Source of the DNA: Eledone cirrhosa
Taxonomy: Eukaryota
Direction of reading: 5' to 3'
Length of the DNA: 64,000 nucleotides
Assembly: GCA_964016885.1 (NCBI GenBank)
Contig: OZ024743.1
Span: 230,454,001 to 230,518,000 of the forward strand
Below the pieces are notes generated by a model that saw only the letters and a program-made list of their open reading frames with translations, was not told the origin of the DNA and made no database searches. Below, piece after piece: positions 1 through 12,349 of the stretch. The position numbers and the translations under genes are program-made. Within the stretch, counting starts at the first letter, position 1. Each line of letters opens with the position of its first letter.

Positions 1-1006
1 AGCCATTCCTCTTTTTTGTGTATCGCTCTCTATTTTCCATGTGGGAGTGTTATATAATGATTTTGCTTGTTTTGCAAGGATTAACCGAGTGTTTCACAAC
101 GAAGGCTTCTGATTTAAACAGCAGTGAGAAAGTGCCGTAATGTCTCCACCTTTCTATGTACTCCGTGTCATCTCTGATGCCCTTCAGCACAGCTTCAAAT
201 TGGGCGAAGGAAGTGATCACTGTTTTTTTATTCTGATCTGAAATGTCTATAAACATCACTTTTCTCTTCGCCACCGATTCTATGGCCTCTACCGAGACGG
301 TTAACTTGGCCTATGTTTGCTCATTTTTAATGAGCTTCCATGCTTGGGTCAAGTTTTTCCCTTTTGGGTTAAGGTTGATAGTGAAGCACGGCCTTTTCTT
401 TTTCCGGCTGCTACAGTAGTGAAAGGCTTTTGCTGTTGCCAGTGCTATTGCTTGTCACATTGTTGTCGGTGATATTGTTGTTGTTGCTGCTGCTGCCTTC
501 ATTTCCATTGTTGTTGTTGTTGATTTTGTTGTTAGTGGTGGTCTTGTTGTTATTGTTATTCATGTTATAAACATTTATGTCGTCACTGTTATGCGTGTTG
601 TTTTGATTTTTGTTTTTCGTGCCCATTGTTTCAGTGGGTGTGGGGCTGGTTATGTATGTGGTGTTGGCCGCGCCATCCGCCATGGTGGTGGACTGTGTGT
701 GTTGCATTCACTATAGTGAATGGCTAAGCTGTAAATTCTATTTTGTTATGACGAGATGCGTTTTGGTTGCTAATGCTGCTGTTCTTGCTGCCGTTGCTGC
801 CATTGGTTTCAGAGATTTGGCTCTTCCAGTCTTTGGACAGCCAGCTATTTCGTGTAGCGGACGCAAAACCTTTCTCCGCCATCTTCATTTTCACAGAAAA
901 TTGAGTGGTTTGTTTGAAAAACAAACACAGATTTATGCCCCTAAGGGCTTCAAGTAGAGAAAGGAAAACCAGCTCATAAAGATATTCGCTCACTTAGCTT
1001 GAAGGC
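1..1006 (-). mobile_element. 5' part (5'UTR + disrupted ORF1) of an L1/Tx1-type LINE running off the left edge
   Basis: Minus-strand ORF fragments 411-707 (T/N-rich N-terminus) and 50-274 have the same low-complexity composition as ORF1 of the adjacent Tx1 element. No RT is visible in the window and the 5' boundary is approximate. Confidence 0.5.
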
Positions 1007-1116
1007 AATATCAGAATTTCAATGCAAAATGTTGAATATCAGAGAAGATGGAACAAACCTAAATGAGCGATGTAAATCACGTTTTGAAAGATTGAACAAC
1101 AAAAATAATAATAATT

Positions 1117-1159
<43 letters not shown>

Positions 1160-1409
1160 TTTTCTTTATGAACCACAAGGGTTTACATAAAGTAGACATT
1201 AAGGACAGTACAGGACAATACAGGACGGTACAAAAGGGCATTTCTGATGTAAAAAAAACAAGATACAGAGGATGTAATGATAGAACAATGAAAAAATTCC
1301 CCAATAGGGGGGAGACTTCCGAGGGACATTTGTGGAGAAAGCCCATTAAAAAGCCACAGTGACCCTGACCACCAGGGCAAGTGCCCTCTCCCAGTTTACC
1401 ACCTTTAAT

Positions 1410-4274
1410 TTACAGACACATACTCAGAGTACGCCCATTCACTCGGGCCATACTTGCTTCTCTCACACATCTTTCAACAAAATGCTGGGAAGAGAGAACT
1501 TCCCTCTCTACCCTGATTTTCCTTTTCAAATGAAATTTGAAAAAGTTAATCAGGGCCTCACCGAAGAGGTAAGTACTCGTCTTCAGCCTTTTCAAACGTG
1601 ACAACCATACTATCTCTTTCGCCATGGCCACCAGACAGATAAAAACTGCCTGCCGTTCCCAGCTAAAGGAAGAGGGCGGGGCAATCCTCACGATGGACTC
1701 AGCTGATAGCTGGATCCGTCCTACACGCGACAGCAGGTGTTCGACATAAATCCACAATTCATCAATGCTCAGACACTGGACGAGTGCATGCAGTAAGGTT
1801 TCGTCGCCCTGCGCGCATCTCGGGCATGCCTGGCTGACGGCACCTCCATGCCTGTAGTAGAGTTTATCCTGAACTGGCAAAGCTCTTCGGTAGCACTGCC
1901 AGGCCAGGGATTTCTGGAAGTTGTCCATAGGCCCCGGCCCGAAAGTTCTTCCGAAGAGATTGGCTAGTTGATTTTCGTCGACGCCTAGAATTTCCCCAAG
2001 TACGTCGTCGCTCTTCCCCTCCGCTAGTCCTCTATAGAACGTCAAGGTGGAGTTTCCACCGATCACATTGCCCGATTGGTCGAGGGATGTGAGCGCCTGA
2101 AGACATTCCAGTCTGTAAGCGCTCCCTCTCGGTCTTCGCTTGACCCAGGACTGCAGCTCCGTCAAGGAGACGAGCTGGGGAAAGACGCGTCTAGCAAACG
2201 GCGACCACACCTGATCACCGTCGAGGAAGAGGTGGAGATGTCGTAGCCTTAGCGCGTGTCTGCGCATCATCAGCCACGGCATGCCCAGCCTTCCACGTAG
2301 CGGTGTTGACAGCAGTTGGACCTCCTGATCATCGGAGCGCGTCCCTTCCACAAAAAGCGAAAGAGCAAACGCTCCAACGCAGTCAGGCGGGGCTTAGAAC
2401 AAGGTACGACGGTCAGGCGGTAGTAAATGACGGACGCGATATACGCGTTAGCCACCTCCGCTCGACCTTTCAGGAATAGCTTCCTCTCGGCCCATTTCTG
2501 AGTGAGAGAAGCCACCTTGCTCGTCACCTCGTCCCAGTTTTTGTCCGTCTGGAGGTCCGGACCGAACCGGACCCCGAGCAATTTAACCGGTCCGTCCGTC
2601 CAGCGCCCGACGACGCTGTTGGACGGCATGGACCTGCCTCTCCAGGTGCCGAGCTGCAGGCACACTGACTTTTCATGGTTGATCATTGCTCCTGTCACCA
2701 CTTCGTATTCTCTTAGTGTAGTGCCGATCGCCTCGATGTGTTTGGCGTTCGACACCACTACGGTGACATCGTCCACATATGCTGACACGGATCTTCCGCA
2801 TCCTAGTTCGCGTGGGACCCCCTCAACGTCTCCAGTTTGTGCAGTAATGGCTAGAGAGTGGATACGTACAAGAGGGACGAGAGGGGACAACCTTGGCGGA
2901 CCGAGCGCATGATGTTGAACGGTTCCGAAAGGTGACCGTTCATTCTCACCAGAGAGCAGATGTCGCTGTGCAAGGCAGCGATCCAGCCTCTGAAGACGGG
3001 CCCAAAGCCAGCCGCCATCAGGACTGACGCTAGGTAACGATGGTCGACCCTATCGAAGGCTTTTGACTGATCTAAATTGATCAAGGACCCACCCGTGCCA
3101 CGTTCCCTAGCTACCCTCTCTACGATGTATCGCATGAGGTGGAGGTTGTCGTGGAAGTATATGTTGGAAATGGCGCATATCTGCGCCTCTCCCACCAGAC
3201 CACCAACGACAAGCGCCAACCCCTTTGCTAGCACCTTGGCCAAAATCTTGAACTCTGTGTTTAGCGGAGTTATGGGCCTAAAATGATCTATGTTATCCCC
3301 TTTGTTCGGATCCTTTCTCATAAGCGAAACAGCTCCTCGGCTCACAGAGCTGGGAATTCTCCCGTTCGGTTTGCCAGTTGCAGTAGACGTCCGCCAAGAG
3401 GCTTCCGAACAAGTCTGGCATCTGTAAGTAAAGTTCATAGGCCAGACTATCCAAACCAGGCAATTTACCCCTTGTGCAGCCAGTCATTGCCTCTCGTACT
3501 TCAGCCGCTGTTATCGGCTTTTCACAATACTCCGCCTCAGTGGCCGAGAGCCGCAGCAGTCCGTCGAGGTAGACACTAAAGTCCATCCCTCCAACCGGCC
3601 CGCCGCTGCCCCCGAACAGCTGTGCGAAGTGTGGCTGAAAAGCTTCACACATTTGCCCGGGATCGAGTAGCATGCGCCCGTCGTGGTCCACCAAAGACCG
3701 GATCGTGGCTTTGTGGCCACGCCGCGCCTCCGCCCCTCGGGCCCATTGAATGGCTTTCGTCCCCTAGTATCTGAGAGCACGCACCCTAGCTCTGACAACG
3801 AAGCCTTCGTGCTTTGCATTGAAGAATTGGTCAAGGGCCAATTTCGCCGCAATTACGTGGACTTTATCCTAATTGCACTTTTCAAAGCAAACCACCACAT
3901 GTTGTTGACGATAGCCCCCGTCAACGCTCGCTTAACTAGTTCGCTAATCCGGTCTCTGTAGGTCTTGCGCGTTGGTAAGGACGCGTTTAGCTTCCAGTAG
4001 CTGGTCACGTCTAGCACCACTAACTTACCTTCTGGGTCCAGGAAGATGGCCCGTATGGTGAGATCCAAACCTCTCCGAAAAAGCATAGCAACTCCACCCC
4101 CCGATCCCGGACGGCTGGGAGATGCTTACACATCGTAGCTGCTTCGGAGATTCAGGTGTCGCTGATGGCCACTTCATCTATGTTTAGTGATCTGAGGTCG
4201 TTGAGCAGGTAGCCCTGCTTCCATGACGACCCCAAGCCACGCGCATTTATGCTGCCTATTCTGAGTGAGGTCAT
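1410..4274 (-). pseudogene. Tx1-type ORF2 (APE endonuclease, internally deleted, + reverse transcriptase), multiply frameshifted
   Basis: ATG at 4274 reads MTSLRIGSINARGL; motifs YWKLN, LPGLDSL, FRPITPLNTEFKILAK, LDQSKAFDRVDH, VRQGCPLS, AYVDD, CPRC..ETLLHALVQC. Confidence 0.9.
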
Positions 4275-4320
4275 GTTGAAATGGAGAGGAACAGATGGGA
4301 AAGACCACTTACCTTACTTC

Positions 4321-6248
4321 TCATAGAGGAAGGATGGTTTGTCCATCCTTTTCACTGCTTGTGACCTCCGTAAGGATGTCCTTATAAATCCTCCTGGAGA
4401 GTGTTTGTCGGAAGTCTCCGATGTCTTTGGGGAATTTTTGTTTTAATGTCGTGCATGTTTTCTGTGTGATGCGAGTGATTTGTATGTGTGGAGATGGTGT
4501 GAACTTTTGGATTGTTATGTAGTCTTTTTCTGTGATGCTGGTGTTGTGTTGGATGTAGTGTAATAATTGGTTGTTGTTCAAATTTGATGCTGTATAGTGT
4601 GTATCGTTTTGGTTGTTTTGTTTTGTTTGCGCTTGTTGTGGGTTTGTTTCTGTTACGCTTTTTGGTGACTTTTGTGGTGTTGGTGATGGTGGTGTTGGGG
4701 TTAATGATGGTGATGGTGTTGATGTTTGGGGTGATGGGGTTGGTGATGCTGGTATGGATGGTGGCATATCTGTCCTAACTTTTTTGTTTGATAGTTTATT
4801 TATTTCCCTCTGTATTTTGTTTGTGGAGGGGGAAGGAAGATATTCTTTTCTTTTTTGGTTTCTTTTTTTCTTTTTTCCTGATACCGCTTCCCACTCCTCG
4901 TCGTCACAATTTGTCTCCAGTTGCGATAAGCCAGGGAATGGAAAATCCTCCACAGGCGTTGGTTTCGGTTGTGGCGTGGTGGATGGTGTAGGCGCTTGTG
5001 CTAGTTCTGGCGCGTTGGGTGGTGGTGGTGGTGTTGGTTGTTCTACTGTTGCTGCGGTTGTTGCTGTTACAGTTGCTTCTGTCGTTGCTGCTACAGTTGT
5101 TGCTGCCATGTCTGCTGCTGATGGTGTTGATGGTTGAGTCACTGGGGTGGGTAAGAGAGGTGGCTTCAACCTTTTAGCCTGAGGGCAGAAAGCCCTTAGG
5201 TGGGTTCCTTCACCACAAACTACACACCTAGGCCTTCTGCCCTCGACGATTACGGTGAGGTGGCTGCCGTCAGTGAGGTCTATTACCTCTGTGATCTCCT
5301 CAATGCTTTTATGGTCCGCTTGGATCAGAAGCTCCATCCCAGATCCGGACCAGTTCTCCTGCTTTTCTTTCGCTATTTCGATTATTTTGGTGTTGGCCTC
5401 GATGCCGGCGAGGACGGCAGCCATTAGCCATGGAATTTCGATGGCCGGTGGAACGTGGGTCACCCTGATCTTCACGAGTCTCTGGCCACAATAGCTTGGG
5501 ACGAGTGTGAAGTCGTCATTTCTTGATGGGGCCATGGAGTTTTCTGGCCTCCTGTGGTGTTTCAAAGAACACGTCCACGGTTCCATATTTCTGCCCACGT
5601 CTTATGTGGGTTTTTTTTGCCCACACATGTCCCTAAGCTTTTTGGATTTGGGACTCGGATGCCCGTTCCACTCGGCGCTATTTTATGTTAATTGTCCGAT
5701 AAGACACGGTGCATAGACGACGATGCTCCATTTTATTAGGTGTTTGTATGGGGGGGGGGAGTGAGGCTGACCCTGTACCCATCTTTCTTTACCATTCTTT
5801 TGGCTTCTTCTAATTCCTCCTGAGTTACCTGGATCGCTTCGCACGTTTTTGCTACTTTCGCAAAAGACAGGGTAGTTTTCTTAATTTCATTGTTGCTGTT
5901 GTTGTTATCGTTATTTTTGTTATTGTTAATTTTATTTTCAGTTGTGGTGGTGGTGGCGTCAGTGGTGTTCGGTGTGGAAGAGTTCATTTTGGTTTAAATA
6001 ATTTCGATATCACGAGTTAATTTATTTATTTCTTTTGTTTCTGTTGTCGCTGTGGTGGTGGGGGTGGGGGTGGCGGCTTTAACACCTGCAGTCATTGGTA
6101 ATGGCTGGAAATGAATGTCTGCCTGAGACAAATTTAAAATATTGCTACTGCTTATATTTTTAGTGTTGGCAAACGTAGTAATATTTACAATGGTGGTGTC
6201 GGTGTGAGGTGTTAGTTTGTGAGGAAGGTGTGACTCTGAGTCGGCCAT
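4321..6248 (-). pseudogene. Tx1-type ORF1 (nucleic-acid-binding protein), frameshifted
   Basis: Fragments 5994-6248, 5736-5987 and 4321-5598; zinc knuckle CVVCGEGTHLRAFC (CX2CX4HX4C) and basic WEAVSGKKKKR segment. Confidence 0.8.
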
Positions 6249-6465
6249 GATTTTTCAAAGAAAACTTTTTTTTTGTTTGATAATTATAAAAGTTTTAATT
6301 TTGGGCTCAAGGCCCCAATCTTTTTGAGTGTCCTTTTCAGAAATCAATGTATGTGCACTTATATACAGTTAACAATAAAAATTTTCCATAGATGGCAATT
6401 TTAGACAACTGAAAATACAAACCTTTGCGGAGCTCACGATGATACGATTTACTACGTAGGTCGCC

Positions 6466-7745
6466 AATAATAATAATAATAATGATTTCTTTATTGGCCA
6501 CAAGGGCTGTGACATGAAGAAAAACATTACAGACGACAGAGGACGGTACAGGACGGTACGATGTGGGCTTTGTGCGTCTAAATATTTTTATTATTTATAT
6601 AAGAAAAGAAAAAGAAAAAGACATAGAAACGTATATATATATATAAACAATAAAAATGAAAAGTGAAACAATTAAAAATTACGCAATAGAGGGGAAACCT
6701 CCGAGGGTTACTCGTGGCGAAAACCAAACAAAATACCACGGCCACCCTGATCACCAGAGCAAGCGCACTCTCTCAATTTTTCAGTTTCTCAAACTCCAGG
6801 CGTATATTCAGAGCGGTCCCCTTCACTCGGACCATTCTCGTTATATTCACCCACCTTTCAACAAATTTAACGGAAGGCAACACTTGCCTCTCCACCCTGA
6901 TTTTCCTCTTCAAGTGAAAGTTGAAAAAGATAATTAGGGATTCGCCGAAGAAGAAAGTGTCTGTCTTTAACCCTTTCAACCTTGTCCACCACACAATCTC
7001 TTTCGCCATTGTCACCAGGCAGATGACAGCCGCGTTCCCTTCCTCCTCGAAGGAAGACGGCGAGACCATCTGCACAATGGACTCAGTCGATAACCGGATC
7101 AGTCCTACACGCGACAGCAACTGTTCGACATAGCTCCACAAGATAAAAACTGCCTGCCCTTCTTGGCTAAAGGAGGAGGGCGCGGCAATCCTCACGATGG
7201 ACTCAGCTATTAGCTGGATCCGTCCTACACGCGACAGCAGGTGTTCGACATAAACCCACAAGTCAGCAATGCTCGGGCACTGAACGAGTGCTTGCACGAC
7301 GGTTTCATCGCTCTGCGCGCATCTCGGACAGGCTTGGCTGACGGCACTTCCGTGCCTGTAGAGCTTATCTCGAACCAGCAACGCTCCCAGATAGCACTGC
7401 CAGGCCAGGGATATTTGGAAGTTATCCATAGGCCTGGGCTGAAAGTTCTCCGGAAATTAGAAAACAACTGATCTTCTTCGATGCCCAGGATCTCTCCGAG
7501 AACGTAGTCGCACATCTCCTCCACTAGTCCTCTATAGAACGCCGAGGTGGATGTTCCACCGATAATGGTGTCCAGCTGGCAGAGGTCAGTGAGCGCCTGG
7601 AGATATTCCAGTTTCCAAGCGCTATCCCTAGGTCTTTTCATGACCCAGGACTGCAGCTCTGTCAAGGGGACGAGCTGTGGGAAAACGTGCCTGGCGAACA
7701 GCGACCACATCTGTTCACCGTCAAGGAAGCACCAGAGGTGTCGCC
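6466..7745 (-). mobile_element. 5'-truncated L1/Tx1 LINE copy (ORF2 C-terminus + 3'UTR + (ATT)n tail)
   Basis: ORFs 6773-7429 and part of 7225-7803 are homologous to 1410-2351; (AAT)n tail at 6466-6483. Confidence 0.88.
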
Positions 7746-7759
7746 GCACCACCGAATTA

Positions 7760-8101
7760 AGCCGTGACAAATGAAATTTCGTTTCATTTTTTCCGTTTAT
7801 CATTTTCGGTACATCGGCCGATTAACTCACTCGATATGCAAATTAGGCTGCTCAGCCGTTAATATGCATAAGGAAAGTATATACTTTCAGACGTTCAACC
7901 ATCTGGCAGGAAGGTATACGTTGCTGACGATAGCTAATAAGCTTGAAACTAGTACAGGGTTCCTTTGTCAGTGTTGAACAAATGAGCAACGATGGTTGCT
8001 AGACACTGTACGGCTTAATTCGGGATGTTTGTTTACAAACACACCGAGCATTATAATAAATGTTCGGTGAATCAATACGTACATATGTATATGTGTGCAT
8101 G

Positions 8102-8141
<40 letters not shown>

Positions 8142-8252
8142 TATACATAATACTGTACGTCTGTATACATATATGTATGTACGTATACATACTTATATTT
8201 AAGTAACAGCCGTACTAAGAGTGAGAAATGAAATTTCGTTTCATTTTTTCCG

Positions 8253-8255
<3 letters not shown>
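7760..8255 (+). mobile_element. ~457-bp terminally redundant non-coding element with a hammerhead ribozyme (retrozyme/Penelope pLTR-like)
   Basis: GTGA(C/G)AAATGAAATTTCGTTTCATTTTTTCCGT occurs at 7764 and 8221. Homologous to 56395-57398 (ACTCAC..TATGCAAATTAG.CTGC). Ends in (TA)n. Confidence 0.65.
7918..7960 (+). ncRNA. Minimal type-I hammerhead ribozyme (somewhat degenerate)
   Basis: acgttg-CTGACGA-t-AGCT-aata-AGCT-t-GAAAC-TA-GTA-cagggt; palindromic stem III (ACTAGT); imperfect stem I. Confidence 0.6.
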
Positions 8256-8283
<28 letters not shown>

Positions 8284-8518
8284 TTATTATTATTTTTTTT
8301 TCTTTCATTATATTCATTATAAATAATTCGATTCCACTCCTGCCAGGAAGAGATGTGTATATTCAAGGTAGGAACCTTCAATATTTCTTCTTATATATAC
8401 CCTACAACTATATGGAAATATATTACCAATAATGATAATTATCATAAATATAAATCAATCGATTTTTTCAAATAACAGCACAATTTCTACCGGAAACATC
8501 TTTCATCATTAACGATGA

Positions 8519-8755
<237 letters not shown>

Positions 8756-9211
8756 ATATACAGAGAGAGAAAGAGTTTTCGCATATACATAAATGTATTT
8801 ACACAGGGATATATTCACACAGGCATACATAAATACATACATACGTATATACATATACTCTACCCTTTGGAAATAATTTGAACCATTCACAAATATTTGT
8901 AATTTGGTCATAATTTGTCGAAAAACTACATTAGACTCAAGGCATATTTCGAACGCTGTTGCAATATTATTACCTACCTCTCGTCACATAAAGTTTTTCA
9001 TGTCTGTCTTTCGCCAAATTACTACATGTTTCTCCTACTCTATCTTTTACCCTCTCTGTTACTTTACATATTTCTCCTCCACACTCCTCTCTTCGTTGTT
9101 TGATTTTATATTCTTTCTTTTCTTCCTTGTATCTTCTTAACTCGATCTCTAACTTTCGTCTTTCTATCTAGGAAAATTGAAATAAATGCATATATGCATG
9201 TATGTATCCAC

Positions 9212-9806
<595 letters not shown>

Positions 9807-10607
9807 TAATCATTTAATTACTTTCTCTTTATCCCTGTATATACTGTATTTTCCATCATCGTTCTAACTATCTGTCTTCGATCTTTTTCTTACTCCCTCT
9901 CTATGTATATACCTTTCTATACACTGATATATGAATGTGTGTTTAAATGTATGTATATGTTTGTCTGTATGTGTCTGTGCCGGCGTGTGCGTGCTTAATT
10001 CTGTGTCCCTGTTAGTCTATCTCTCATTCTACCTATCTAACTTCTTAAGTATATCAGGAATATTTTTTTCAACAGGTTATGTGTATAGAAATTACCTTAA
10101 ATTCCCACACACGTACACACAAAAAAATCATAAACATAAATAGAAATCAACATTCTACAGGCACTTATATCTATACACACATACACACACATAGGTACAA
10201 GCTCACACACATGTATATAAGACGCCTTCGCGCACATACACATACAAACACACACACACACATACAAACAAACAAACAAACAAACAATAATATTAACAAT
10301 CCATTAACCCGCCGTAAGCCTAGATATACATGCACACAAATACACGTAAATCGTGGTTTATATTAAGTTTAAAATATTGTTTAAATGGGAACTGATACAA
10401 GAAGTAGTGAAGCCATGTATATAATGTATATAATCTATTTTAATGAATATATAATATGGCAACTTAACCCAAGGCAAACACTCAAGCTGCTGTATATACA
10501 AAGCATGTCTATACATAATATAATAATAAATTCTAAACTGGAATAAAAATTAATTCGTCAACATTCAATGCCACCAAATATGAATTACACACACACATAC
10601 ACACACA

Positions 10608-10649
<42 letters not shown>

Positions 10650-10761
10650 TTCACACACACACTCACGCATATATATATATATTACTCTATTACTCTACTA
10701 CGTGTTCGAGCCTGTCATCTGAGGCCATGCTGGGGTACCAAAATTGTAAGTATATATATTT

Positions 10762-10875
10762 GTAATACGAAAGGATTCAGGTCCCTTGAATCGACAACTA
10801 GATCCGAACAATTCGGAGCTAGTTGTCGAATAGGCCGGAGCTCAGCTGTCGGGGTCCTGAATACTTTCATATTAC
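10762..10875. repeat. Nested palindrome (24-bp outer arms plus an 18-bp inner hairpin) of a small dispersed element
   Basis: GTAATACGAAAGGATTCAGGTCCC pairs with GGGTCCTGAATACTTTCATATTAC (3 mismatches); inner TCGACAACTAGATCCGAA pairs with TTCGGAGCTAGTTGTCGA (1 mismatch). Confidence 0.8.
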
Positions 10876-10960
10876 CGACTCTACTTCAGTTAGTATCGAG
10901 TACTCTGGTGAGCTATGGTCCACCTGGTATTTTACCACACCCTTTCTGATAAATAAATAA

Positions 10961-11020
<60 letters not shown>

Positions 11021-11334
11021 ATACTTTGGGAGGGTCATGTTGCCAATAAGAAACACACGCACCAGATGCTTTCACTCCAATTTATATCGGTTCCAACGAT
11101 ATATATACATAACAAAGGAATTGTGGTAAGGAACCAGATGGACCATAACGCACCAGAAATAGCCGTCGAAACGGCTTGAGCTCTGCCGTCGGGGTCATAC
11201 TTTTTCCTATATATATATATATATATATGCATGGGCAGCGAGTAGATAGAACGTTTCATGTATTCGTTTCTTCTCTCTGCGATCTGAGTTTAATTCCAAC
11301 GTGGTTAACGTTATCTTCGATGTTCTTGAAGTCG

Positions 11335-11394
<60 letters not shown>

Positions 11395-12290
11395 AAGGCG
11401 GGTAAAATTCCCGAGATCCATGGACGAGTTCTCTCCAGCGGTCTCTGTCCCTCATTATCGCTGGCTGCCATATCCTGCATCTCCAACAGACCAGTGTCTG
11501 TCCTTAGGGCATCAACATATGTTAACCTTGGTCTTCCTCTTCTAGTGTGTCCATGTAGGGGCTCCCAAAGGAGCACTGAGCGCAATGTCAACTCTGGATG
11601 TCGGTGAGCATGTCCAGCCAACCTCAGTCTCCTCTGTGTCACTTTTGAGCTGACTTTTGGGATGCTCCCATACAGCTCTGAGTTTTTCATCCTCAGTGTA
11701 TACTGATTAATGTTCAGAGCCATCCTCAGCATTCTCGTGTAGCACCCATCCACCATCTGAGTGAGTCTCTTGGTCAGTGTCCAAGTCTCAGACCCATACA
11801 GCAGCACAGACTCCACTACAGCAATGAAGAGGCGGATTTTCAGGTCTCTACGATGGTCTGACTTCCACACCGATCTCAAGCTGTGACACGCCGCCCAGGC
11901 CTTGCTCTTCCTCTCAACCACATCATCTTCCGTATTCCCAATCTTTGCTCCCAAATACAGGAAGTCCTCAACCACTTCCAGCGGCTTCCCGCCTACATTA
12001 ATGATCCGCTCTGGCTTCTCAACATTCTCTACCAGATATTTTGTTTTAGTCTCATTCATTCTCAGCCCCACACTCATCGACACAGTCTCAACCTCCCGCA
12101 TCAAATCCTCTGCCTCCTTCACTGTATTTGTCACCAAAACTATGTCGTCGGCAAATTCAGCATCCGATACCTTTTTCGCCCCAACTCTCCTGCTCTGAGC
12201 CGGTGCTACAGTAAAGCCAGAGTCCTGGTGTTTCTCCAGTGCAAGGCGCATACAATAGTCCACTACGATGATAAAAAGGTAGGGAGCCAT
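11395..12290 (-). pseudogene. RTE RT C-terminal half
   Basis: APYLFIIVVD, EFADDIVL, FLYLG, LLYGSETW, RLRLAGHAHRH, RGRPRLTY. Confidence 0.9.
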
Positions 12291-12349
12291 CAGCTGTCTC
12301 TGAGACAAATATAAAGAATGCAGTTTTCTCTTGCAGAAGAGCCATCAAA

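Larger units (their letters stand above)
1104..6465 (-). mobile_element. Near full-length, degenerate L1/Tx1-clade LINE (5'UTR, ORF1, ORF2, 3'UTR, (ATT)n tail)
   Basis: ORF1 with a CCHC knuckle, ORF2 with APE start, RT motifs and a C-terminal Cys/His motif. (AAT)n at ~1104-1158 is the 3' tail. The 5' end abuts another (AAT)n at 6466. Confidence 0.9.
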
